64,000 nucleotides of DNA, taken from the NCBI RefSeq assembly GCF_964355755.1, contig NC_092672.1:5394001-5458000 (forward strand), in the 5' to 3' direction. The translations under genes were made by a program, and so were the position numbers. The DNA is from Antedon mediterranea (Eukaryota > Animalia > Echinodermata). The notes beneath the pieces were generated by a model, which was given only the letters and a program-made list of their open reading frames with translations, was not told the origin of the DNA and did not search any database. Below, piece by piece: positions 13,701-25,700 of this stretch; position 1 is the first letter of the stretch, and every line of letters starts with the position of its first letter.

Positions 13701-16700
13701 AGTGGATTACTAATAATTATTGTAAGAGATATTTCAAAGAATTGAATTGAAATGCCATTTCCAGTGCTGATTTACTGTACTCTAGATGACCCAATACCAT
13801 TTTTTTACTGACTAAATTGTGCTTTTCACAGAAAAACACATCAACATTGTTTTCTTTAATTTTAAAATTAGCACCAGGACATTCCAACTAATCACACCAA
13901 CTCCAATCCTCAACACTTCAGCCAACCATCACCCTTATACAGCGAGATCGAGTTGGACTTCAAGACTCAACATTCCAACGCCCCTCCCCCAAAACCAGCC
14001 TATAGAGGAGAAGCAGTGAACAACTTTGCCAATAGTACCTACCAGCCAGGTAACAACATGACGGCCCTAAGCAATCTGTCTGAATTGGACAGTTTACTGG
14101 AGGATTTAGCTGCTGCACAAAATGTATCGGGTAAGCTTCAACTATTTCAAATGAACTACAGAACAGAAACCCTAGGCCTACTCATCATTGGTCTAATAAA
14201 ACCTCCTGGAAACCAAACAGAACTAATCAAAAGAAATTTCATTTCATCTTTAATTTGTTAGTATGAAATAGTGTTTAAATAGTAAGAAAACAATAATATC
14301 TAACAGTAGAGTTTTTAGTTCATTCCTAAGTCAAAGTTTAGATGAAAGGAGTGTATGAACTCTAATACAGGCAATAATATCATTAGTATTGATAATATAT
14401 TGATAGTTTATTGATAAGGCTCATCAAAAACAAACTTTTATACTTACTATAACAACTAAAAGTAAAATAAGGAATTCTTCCTTAAACCACATTACTTACT
14501 ACAGGACTGTTTGGGCATTACAGTTGCTGGGCCCCGATACTACTTTCTTTAATACATTTGAGGGGCCCTGACGTTATTGTGTTTTTTAATACATTTGATG
14601 GGCCCAAATGTTATATGTTTCTTAGAAAAATACATTTGACAGGCCCAAATGTTATATGTTTCTTAATACATTTGCAGGGCCCTGATACTGAAACATTCAA
14701 GAGCCAATAACTATCTATGTTTTTCTTTGCAGCTAAACCAGTTGCAACCAAGGCCCCACCACCACAGACTGCGCCTAAACCTAAAAAGCCATCCCGCCCT
14801 GATGTTGATAATTCTTTCACAGAAGTAGATTCACCTAGAACAAAGTAAGTCATTGTACTACAAATGGTTTTGTGAGGGGTCGTGTTTGTTTACCTTGCTC
14901 CTGATTAAATCAACATAGACTACAACTCTGATTTCTCCACTTGGTCGTTGCGGTGATCTACCTAACGTGACTTGGATAGGCAATAGACTTTATACTTTGA
15001 GGTTATGACCTTAGTTGAAGTGTGGTTATGAATTCAAGTTTACTGTAAGCACAACTCATAAACTGCCAATTTCACAATCAATAAAAAGTATAGTAGTTTT
15101 TTTGTTTTTTTTTGCTTTTCTATATTAGATTTAGGAATCTACTATGTACCTAGCTTACCTTGATAAACCAACAATAGCCTTTCTCCTCGAAGAGTGAGAT
15201 ATAACTCGAAAAGTATAAGTTTTTATTAAATCCCCCTTTCCACAAATGGTATACAGTAGTCCATGAACTATGCCCTCAAGTGGGAGCCTGCCTACAAACC
15301 ACCATCATTAGTTAATTAATTAATCATTCATTTTATGTTTTGAAATGTCATCAAAGTTTATCATAATTGGTAAATCAAACATAAGACTTTTAGTGGTCAG
15401 ATAACAACAAGAAGCTTGAAGGTGGAGGAGGGGAATGGGGCGTAGGAAATTGTCTTCATCCCCACTCCCAACAGCTGTTGAGTATGGCAAGATCTCTAAA
15501 GCTCTGTCTACACTATCAAACTTTATGTGACAAAAAAATGTGATGTGCCCACATGATGATGTCATATCACTACCATATTTGGGCACATCACACTAGTTTG
15601 GTAGTGGAGACAGAGCTTTATGTTCAGTAACCATGACGGTAGACTGGCTCGTTGACCTTGTTTTCCAGCTTGTTTTACAAATCCCTTTTCCTCCCCAAAC
15701 TATTTCCTTAATTACCCCAAATTAGCGCTCATGACGTGTTTCGCTAACTATGACATTGATTCATGACGGAAGGAAGTCGACTTTTTTTTATGCAAATCTA
15801 TACTAGGCTAGGTTATTTTAACAATCCTCAATTCTGACTTGTCTGTCTTGTCTTTGTATACAGTTGAGTATTGTATGAATTCCTATCACGAATGTAGTTG
15901 TACTGAGGCAGTAGGAACATTCAACTTAAATGTGATTTACCCAGCCTTTATAGAGCCACTATCTACAGTATTAACCTATTGTGTGAGGATCATCATCTGA
16001 ACAACTATCTGGCATCAACCCTAAACTTATAGCTCTGTATTTATCATCATTTTGATATAATTAATTTGTATTTGGCAAATAAATATTTGTCACTATTGTT
16101 CTTCTATTCAGATTTGCTATTTTAAAAAGTAAATAGATAATAAATAATAGTTTTAATTGACCTTGTCCTTAGAGACCAGTCTGACCTTTAGTCCAGTTTT
16201 TCCACAGACTCAATTACTCAGCACCCTAGCTATGTGTTGCTATCAGGCACTAAAATGTTACTTTCCTACAAAATACCAAAAAAAAAAGTTAGATGGCATT
16301 GTGCCAGGTATAAATAATTGTTTAGCCTCCCAGTGAACATTTCCTTTTACCGTGTACCAGTCACTGCGAACAAGATGTTTTCAGCTGTCAAGGGCCGCTA
16401 CCCTGAGTACGAGGAGTGTCATTTTGATGGCGTGTATATGACCATGTAAGTTGGTTGTGTTAGGCTTGGTGATTTAGACTTCATAGACAAGCGTACTGTA
16501 AGGATGATCTGTGCTGTAGGTTTTTAGTGCCTCTTTTAATTTTAATTGTATTTTTTGTATTTTAGACTTTTATGTAAGTTTTTTGTAGGATTCAAAATGT
16601 TCTTATCGGGGCATTGAAGTTTTTTTATAAGAGTATGTGCCAATTATATAAATAATATATTATTTTGTGTCAAGTATTTTTCTATTCAGGGCTATTTTAC

Positions 16701-19700
16701 TTTATGTTCCACAAAAAAATGAACCATTAAATAATAATATATAAATTGTGTCCAGTATTTTTCTGCCTTTTTGTTTGTATGCTTTGATATGAATGAATAA
16801 ATATACCTGAATATATAAATACAACATTTCGTTTAAAATTTCTGTACATGATTTTATTTCATAGTGATGCTCAAGAGGTTTTAAAATCGAGTAATGTTGA
16901 GGTTCCATTATACATTATTTAGTTATTTTTACAAAATGTATATCATAACAGTAACAGTTTTGTTTTCATTTTTCTAGTGGACAAAGGTCCCAGCCATTCC
17001 AAGGCGGCAAAACAGTAACAGTGACACAGACTACAAGCTATGGTCAACATGCTCCTAGCTACACTCAGAACCCACCTGCCCCTCTACAGCAACCACCGAT
17101 TAAAAGCCCACCAAACATCAGCTCACCACCCCCTCGCTCTGCATCTTCAGCTACTAAGGAGCTGGATGACCTGATGGAGTCATTATCAGACTTTAAGGTA
17201 AGTAAACAAATAAGAAATGCTTACAAACAGCGCATTTGAGGCTTGGAGAGTGGAAGGTGGTGGAAACGGTAATTAGATACTAGGTCAGGATTGAATTCTA
17301 GACTCTGGATTGAACCCTTGACCTTAGATTGAACCCTCAGCCTTGGATTAAACCCTCAGCCTTGGATTGAACCAGGGACCTTAGATTGAAGCCTGTACCT
17401 TAAGCTCTGTCTACAATATCAAATATCAAAAAGTGTGATGTGCCCATAGTGATATGACATCATGTCCATATAGGGGCACATCACTTTTTGTTATCACATA
17501 AAGTAATAACTGTATGATAGTGTTGACAGAGCTTTAGACGCTATAACCACCAAGCTACAACTTCACTACTTAGCAGAGTTTTGTTTAAAGTAAACATTTT
17601 GGAGGGTTAATTCAATTTGTCAAATTTCATGCTAGTTGAACATGCATTGTATTTAAAATATGATGACGGATTTGTCATATATAAAGACTCGTAAGTATTC
17701 AAGACAATGCATATCAATTAGAGATTGAGGTTTAAGCCTACAAATGTATTATTTTTCTCATAGATGAATCATATATCACCTGTTGAAACAGTACCCCACG
17801 ACCCCATAAGAACAGCACCAATATCACAGCCAGTACCAGCTGAACACAACTCCAGCAATCAGCTAGACTCCATGCTTCGTCATCTAGACTCAGACATGAG
17901 TCGTCAAGGGGTCAACACGGTAGCTAAAGGTCACTGTGCCGCTTGCAACAAGCCGATTGTTGGACAAGTAAGCGTTCATTTTTTACAGTTGTTTTTATTT
18001 ATTTATTCATTTATTATGGCATTCGTCTTGGGTAAGACATTACATTTGCTAATCGTTTCCATAATCTCTTTCGGTGGCCTGATGGTCCGTCTTTAACCTT
18101 TCGATTGATGTAATTTTTGATTATATTCACTTACACCTTATTAATTAAAATACAGTATTGAATTAGAAATATTTTACTTTTTACGTCTCTTTCTCTTTTT
18201 CGTATTCATACCCACAAAAACTTTTTTATAAAATATAACCAAGTTAACAACCTACTGCATTAAACAATATATGTACAGAAACGTTGCAATAAACCTTCCA
18301 ATACAGGTTGTGACAGCTCTTGGCAAGACTTTCCATCCAGAACACTTCACCTGCAGTCACTGCCATCAGGAATTAGGCTCTTGCAACTTCTTTGAACGAG
18401 AGGGAGCTGCTTTCTGTGAGCGGGATTATCATAATCTATTTTCGCCAAGATGTGGTTACTGTAACGGACCAATTCTTGATGTAAGTAACCATCTCAAGTC
18501 TAAGGCAACTAATCAGGTTTGATTTCATGCAGGCGGCGGTAAACACAATTATTGGAAGGGCATTTTCTTACGTTGCGTAGGTTGCGCTGGTGGGAACCAT
18601 GCTTAGCTGTAGTGATTATGTTTATATTCTTGCAATTTTAAAATTTCTCAACATATATTATTAATTTGTAGAAATGTGTTACAGCGTTAGACAAAACATG
18701 GCACCCAGAACATTTCTTTTGCGCTCAATGTGGCCGTGCATTTGGAGAAGACGGCTTTCACGAGAAGAACGGCAAAGCGTATTGTAGAGAAGATTACTTT
18801 GACATGTTTGCACCTAAATGCGGCGGTTGTCACCGCGCAATCATGGAAAATTACATGACTGCATTGAACACTCAGTGGCATCCAGAATGTTTTGTGTGTG
18901 GGGTAAGATTACTTTTATATATTTAAAATGCCAGATTGGCATTTTTAAAATCAAGTGATTATATTTGGCATGGTAGTATGAAACAATTGCAGTAACCAAG
19001 TTGGGACACTTGGCTATCTGGCTAAACCTAGGGGCCCCAGAGCTCAAAGGGCCCCAGATCATGAGCAGTCCAATGCAACTACCCAGTGTTGGAGGGCCCT
19101 TAGGAGTGCCAAAACCAAGGGCCTTTGCACTGTGTGTTACGCCTCTGGCCATCAGGCAGAAAGACTTCAATTCCCAATTAAAACAATTCATGTCAGGCCT
19201 CTTGGCTGTAAATGAGTACCTGGTTGGAAAATACTGGTTAGGAGAAGGGAGAATGAACTGACCACCTTACCACATATTTCTGAAGCTCACTACAATGAGC
19301 TCTAACAGTTCATTAACATATGTTCAGAATTAATGTATACAGTAGTGTAATGTAAAAACAAATCTTGTCAATAGGGAGGTTTCGCAACCTTACAAATACG
19401 ATAACGAAAACGGATACGTCACACTTTTGTGAAACTTTTGAGCTGATCCCCATTTCATATTCGAAAAGCGTATTCGTGTTGACTAATATCACCAGTCATA
19501 TTCGTAAATACAAAACGACTATAGTTTTTGATCTATTTTGCACATTTTGCATTTGAATCAGGAAAGATTCATGATTATAATATAATTATAGATTTATTAC
19601 TAAAGTAATTTACTAAAATGCCAGGTGATGTAAAGGCCAACTCAGACAGCGTCGTACGACGAGGCCCAACGAGACGTCTTGTCTGGACCCGTCTTTCCAA

Positions 19701-22700
19701 AGTCCTACCGACAGATAATCGTGCCAACGCTCCGCGACGGCTCAACTCAGACAGCCCGACGCGACTATATTGCCTGCGCTTCTGATTGGTTGAATTCAAG
19801 ATGACGCAACAAACCATGCAACGCGTACGCACGACGTACGTACGAATACGTTCGTATGATTTGTAAACACGGAAGTAATAGTAAGTTTAATTGATAATTA
19901 ATAAACCGATAAATCCGTTTGTTTTACCTAATAAAAATAACAACAAAATTTAAGCTTATATTTTGTTGAATAATTGAGACTAGGCATATGGGATCCATAT
20001 CAGTACAGAGTTGGTAGGCCCATGTATGCCCCTAGCCAGGCCTTTTAGTAGGCATATTAGTTTAGGCCTAGGCCTAGTATCTAAATATGTGGTCACTTAG
20101 GCTAGGGCCCAAGGCCTAGGTAGTTAGTAGAAACTTAGGCTAGACCCAGATACTTTATCTAGGCATAGTAGTACATACAGAATAGGAAGTCTAATATGAT
20201 ACAGGGTAGAGTCACATGTCGATCGGTTCAATTGCTTTCATTTTTAATTACTAGGCCAATACATAACCTTGGAATATTTATGTAGGCCTAAATTAGGCTA
20301 AGCTAGGCATTTATTTATTTAGAGTACCTATACAATTCAAGTTAAATTTATAATATTGAACACAATTCAATACAAAATTGTGTTCATATATATCATTTAA
20401 AATGTCCGATTGATAAGCATTGTTGAGAGGTATAGATAGATATAACAAACCAGATAGATATAACTTTTTTTAAATTCTTTTTTTTATTATTAATATTAAC
20501 AAATTATGTACAAAAAGTAAGTGGTTCCATTTCGTCTCCATACCTTAACACTGTGGCAATGCGCCATACCAACTTTTTGGACATGTTAGCCTAAAACTCA
20601 ACTCATTAACTAGTGATACAAAATAACAAACAAATAACTAAATTATTTAAATTAAACATAATTATATTACACTTTTATTTATTTACTACATGTATTTGTT
20701 ATTACATATTAAATCACAACATACATCAGATTATATTGATGAAACAAAATGTAACCATTTAATTAAAGATGTATTGCCCCTTTGTCAAATTCCATTTACT
20801 GAATAATGAAATTTCTTAAAAATGTTGTTTTAATTATACAGTATTTACATCATGGTGTCAAATAAACGCAAATCATGTGCTGCTTTACTGCTGTTGCTTT
20901 TAAAAAGAAGGCGGCGAAGACGAAGCAGCAGAATATGGTGTAAGCCCTGGATCCTCAAAAGACAGCAACAAGGAGCATATGGAAATTTGATTCAAGAACT
21001 GCGGCTCCAGGACCAGGAATCTTACAGAAATTTTTTAAGGATGGATACTGGCACATTTGACAACCTCCTGAGTTTGGTCAAGCCCATTATAAAGAAGCAA
21101 AACACCAACTGGCGCCAGAGTATTTCTCCAGGAGAAAGATTAGCGATTACGCTTCGTTTTATTGCAACTGGTGAGTAAACATGTTCAAATCATCAAAAAC
21201 CCAAATTTATTCTATCCCTTATCCTTTCTCAGGTTTTTCAAGTATACTAACAATCTGATCACCTGTAGTTGCAAATAACCATTCATTTGTCAAACAAATT
21301 GTTAATTTCAGGTGAAACATACAAAAGTCTGTCATTTCAATACAGAGTTGGGGCCACAACAATTGGTGAAATTGTACCAGACACATGTAATGCAATATAC
21401 TCTGTTTTGAAAGAACAATACATGAAGGTAAATTACTGTGTACTCTAGGCTATAAATTTAATTTGTTATCCACTAGGAAACTGTAGTGAATGGAAAAATC
21501 AGTGAGGATTTGACTGGCTAGACAGTACATTTTGATATTATATATATTATTTGAAGCTAATCTAGATCTTTTATCTTTACTTCAAAAATATCATTTTGGA
21601 TTTTGTTCATCAGAACTGCTTTGGTTTTTTTATTTTGTATTTGTTTAAGTTCTGATGTAACATACTGACCAAAAAGTAAATCGGCATCTGTTTCTTCGCT
21701 TACGTTTGAAGGAGATTCTAATATTGTTGTAAGATTACGAATCAAATTCAATTCTTCATTGTCTCTCTCTCTTTTTGTTGGTTTTGTTGAACTTTTTTTT
21801 GTCTTAACATCATTTTCTTCGCTCATGTTGGATACATCATCATCGTGATCTGCCTCTAATCCTAAATCTGACAACTGTAACAAAAAAAAGCAATGATCAG
21901 TCAGTTATGATGTATTATTATTATTTTTTATTAGAAAGTTTATCATATTTTTATATTCATATTAACAGACGCCATCAACATCTGAAGAATGGATGGGAAT
22001 AGCAAAAGAGTTCCAAATGAAATGGAATTTCCCCAATTGTTTGGGTGCACTAGATGGAAAACATGTCAGTATTCGGCCACCACCCAATTCAGGCTCGGAA
22101 TATTTCAATTACAAAAATTCATTCAGCCTGGTACTGATGGCCCTTGTAGATTCATCATATAAATTTTTATATGTCGACTTCGGTACGAATGGACGTGTAT
22201 CCGACGGTGGGGTGTTCTCAAAATGCTCGTTGGATAAGGGCCTTAAGAACAAAGCAATTGGAGTACCAACCCCGAGTCCATTGCCTGGAACAAATACGAC
22301 AGTTCCATATATGATAGTAGCAGACGATGCATTCCCATTGCGGGAGGACATTATGAAGCCACATCCTCTAAGGCATTTAACGAAACAACAAAGAGTATTC
22401 AATTATCGTCTGTCAAGAGCTAGGAGGGTTTCTGAGAATGCTTTTGGGATCTTTGCAAATAGATTTGGTGTATTCTTGACGACGATCAAAATACTGCCGG
22501 AACACCTTCAACCGTTAGTGTTGGCATGTGCTGCTTTGCACAACATGCTAAGAAGCAATAGTGCCTACAATCCACCAGGTTTTGTTGACCTGGAAAATGG
22601 GGCGCACAATGTTGTTGAAGGACAGTGGCGACAGCAACCATCCATGGTGCCTGTTCAACTTGATAGGCACAACAATTTTACATCTGCTGCCAAGCAACAG

Positions 22701-25700
22701 AGAGAAATATTAACCACATACTTTTCATCAAAAGAAGGATCCATTGAATGGCAAGACCAAATGATTTAGATACACAGTATACTGTATACGTGCTACATAA
22801 ATTCCAACTATTATGCTTCCTTTTATTTTCACAATTTGTTTTACAGTATTCTCATTGAGGACTCTACTTTATACAACCATATTTAGGCTATAGTATTACT
22901 TACATCTAATGTGGACTGAGACGCCCTCTGCTTAATGTATGGAGTAAGCCAGTCACATCGCTCCAGCACCCATTGCTGCCTAGCTGTTCTTTTCCTGGCA
23001 GCACTCCCACTAGGCAGGCTCTTTCTGTAACGCATAAATTGTGTCCTCAGGGAATTTATATGTTTTTTGATCTCAATGTCTATTAAAATACAAATATATA
23101 TATATAATTAAATCATAATATATTAATAATCTATATAATCACAATCCATTTTTACCATTTATTTTACATTTAGGCCTACTTGGAATATATACTGTGTATA
23201 TGATATATGATATTGATACAAATATTAATAATTAAATTACATTATATTTTATACAATTTATTTTACTTTTACTTGGAATGTATACTGTGTATATAATATA
23301 AATACAATTATTAATAATAAAATTATATCATATTTTACTGTTTATTTAATGTTTACATTTACTTGGAATATATACTGTGTATATGATATATGATATTGAT
23401 ACAAATATTAATAATTAAATTACATTATATTTTATACAATTTATTTTACCTTTAATTGGAATGTATACTGTGTATATAATATAAATACAATTATTAATAA
23501 TAAAATTATATCATATTTTACTGTTTATTTAATGTTTACATTTACTTGGAATATATACTGTGTATATGATATATGATATTGATACAAATATTAATAATTA
23601 AATTACATTATATTTTATACAATTTATTTTACCTTTAATTGGAATGTATACTGTGTATATAATATAAATACAATTATTAATAATAAAATTATATCATATT
23701 TTACTGTTTATTTAATGTTTACATTTACTTGGAATATATACTGTGTATATGATATATGATATTGATACAAATATTAATAATTAAATTACATTATATTTTA
23801 TACAATTTATTTTACCTTTAATTGGAATGTATACTGTGTATATAATATAAATACAATTATTAATAATAAAATTATATCATATTTTACTGTTTATTTAATG
23901 TTTACATTTACTTGGAATATATACTGTGTATATGATATATGATATTGATACAAATAATAAATATTAATAATTAAATTACCTATATAGGGCATATAATAAT
24001 AGGCGCAGTTTTGCTTATTTATTTTTCTTGCCAATGAAAGTGAATGAATTCATGTGAATGTTGCTGATAATTTATAATATGCCTAGGGGCCTCTCTCTAG
24101 GCTAGAACTAGTAAGTAAAGACAAAGTAGTAGAGATTAGTTTATTTGTGGAAATTTTAGGGCCTACTAACTAGGCCTAGGCTAATACTAGCCCATAATAT
24201 TAGGCCTACTATCTATATATTAATGCTACTACTAATAGGTAGGCTAGTTAGGCCTATAATAATAATATTTTACTATTACTACTAGTAGTACTAACTAGTA
24301 CTAGGCCCAGGGAATAATTTCGCCAGTGTAGCATAGCAAAAAGCTATACAAAACAACCTAATATTGCTACACATTTCTAAAATTGTGTAGCAAAATATAC
24401 AATACAAAACTATGTTTCTCGACTAAAAAATAAGTTGGATTAGCAATAATTGCTAAACAAAATTTTAAAATGAAATTTCCTAGTTTAGTCTAGGGGCCTA
24501 CACTACGTACTGTACAGTATAGTAATAAAAGAGCCTAGTTTAGTAGGTAGGCCTAGTCCCAAGCTTAATATTTAATATTAGCCAAACCTAGGCTAGAGAC
24601 TAGCATGCCATAGGGACCTACCTAGGCCTAGCCCTAGGCTTATTAGGCCTAGTTAGTTAATTAATAATATTCTATTAGGCCTAGGCTAGGACTTGTTGTA
24701 GGAAAGTGTTTAGGCTAGTGAGTCGAGTGTGGGTCATTCATTTTTGGCAATAATTAATAATAGGCCTAGGCCTACGTACACTAGCCTAGCTAGGCTATAT
24801 TAATATTAGTAAAATAGCTGTTGTGTTGTGCCTAGCCTATATGCCTAGCCTATCCCTATATGGGACAAACCGCTAATTGGTACAATCCATCTACCCCTAG
24901 TAGGCTAGCCTAGGCTAGGCCTAGTAGTAAATATTTATTATTTTAGGCCTAACCTAGGAGGGGCCTTATTATAGGCCTAGCCTAGTAGGCTAGGCCTACT
25001 ACTTACTAGGCCAGGCTAGTAATTAATAATAATAATATTATTTGTTGGACTTACCACTTTTTCCTAATATTACGGCGAATTCTTCTACTTTTTTTTGCCT
25101 AAGCTGTCGATTGCTATACTCTTTGGAGGTAGTGTCATATAGACACATTTCATTCCTCCAAAGGTCAATAAGGCAAGACTCGGCCTCTTCTGACCATAAA
25201 TCTTCTTCACGTGCACCACCACCACTGACCGCCATGATGATGGAAATAATCCCCGCGAAGCACATTACTTCTTCGCGCTCTTCGATAAAAACTTTTCCCC
25301 TCGTGACCTGCCGTCATAATTTAAACGCCTGTGATTGGTCAATACCCAACAAACGAGTCGTCCCGTCGGGTGAAAATTAAACATGTTTAATATGCTCACG
25401 ACGACCTAAAACTACCCCCGACGCTATCTCACGACGACCCGTCTCGTCTGGATTCAACTCAGACAGCACGGACGAGTCAAGTTCAGACAAGACGTCTCGT
25501 CGGGCCTCGTCGCACGACGCTGTCTGAGTTGGCCTTAACGCTAGGCCTAGACAGCCAAGCGCCAAGCAACACGTACCTGCGCGTCGCTAAAATTTACCGC
25601 AGTCATTTTTTGGACGGCGCCCTCAATATTTAGTTGCCATGCGAAACAGATTTTTACTGGCTTACGAAAACGAATACGTGTGCTTGACGTTTTCGTTATC

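Larger units (their letters stand above)
19634..25535 (+). mobile_element. Autonomous PIF/Harbinger DNA transposon, 5902 bp
   Basis: TAA TSD (19631-19633, 25536-25538); ~52-bp TIR AGGCCAACTCAGACAGCGTCGT(A/G)CGACGAGGCCC(A/G)ACGAGACGTCTTGTCTG with 2 mismatches; encodes a DDE transposase and a MADF protein. Confidence 0.96.

Noticed and set aside
15178-15212. Possible paxillin microexon [11 protein letters not shown]
   Set aside because: Phases could fit together with the 16385 exon, but the acceptor lacks a pyrimidine tract and the donor is weak.
22109-22402. Antisense ORFs over real exons (also 14611, 18687, 25042, 25795, 52619, 62873)
   Set aside because: Shadow frames of transposase, paxillin, MADF, PIMREG-like and BCL7 exons.
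20852-22769. Domesticated HARBI1/ALP1-type host gene
   Set aside because: Flanked by intact TIRs and TSD and nested in another element, so it is a transposon copy.
23177-23980. Regularly spaced repeats as a possible CRISPR array (also 41742-42055)
   Set aside because: Units are fully repeated with no unique spacers, there are no cas genes, and the context is eukaryotic.
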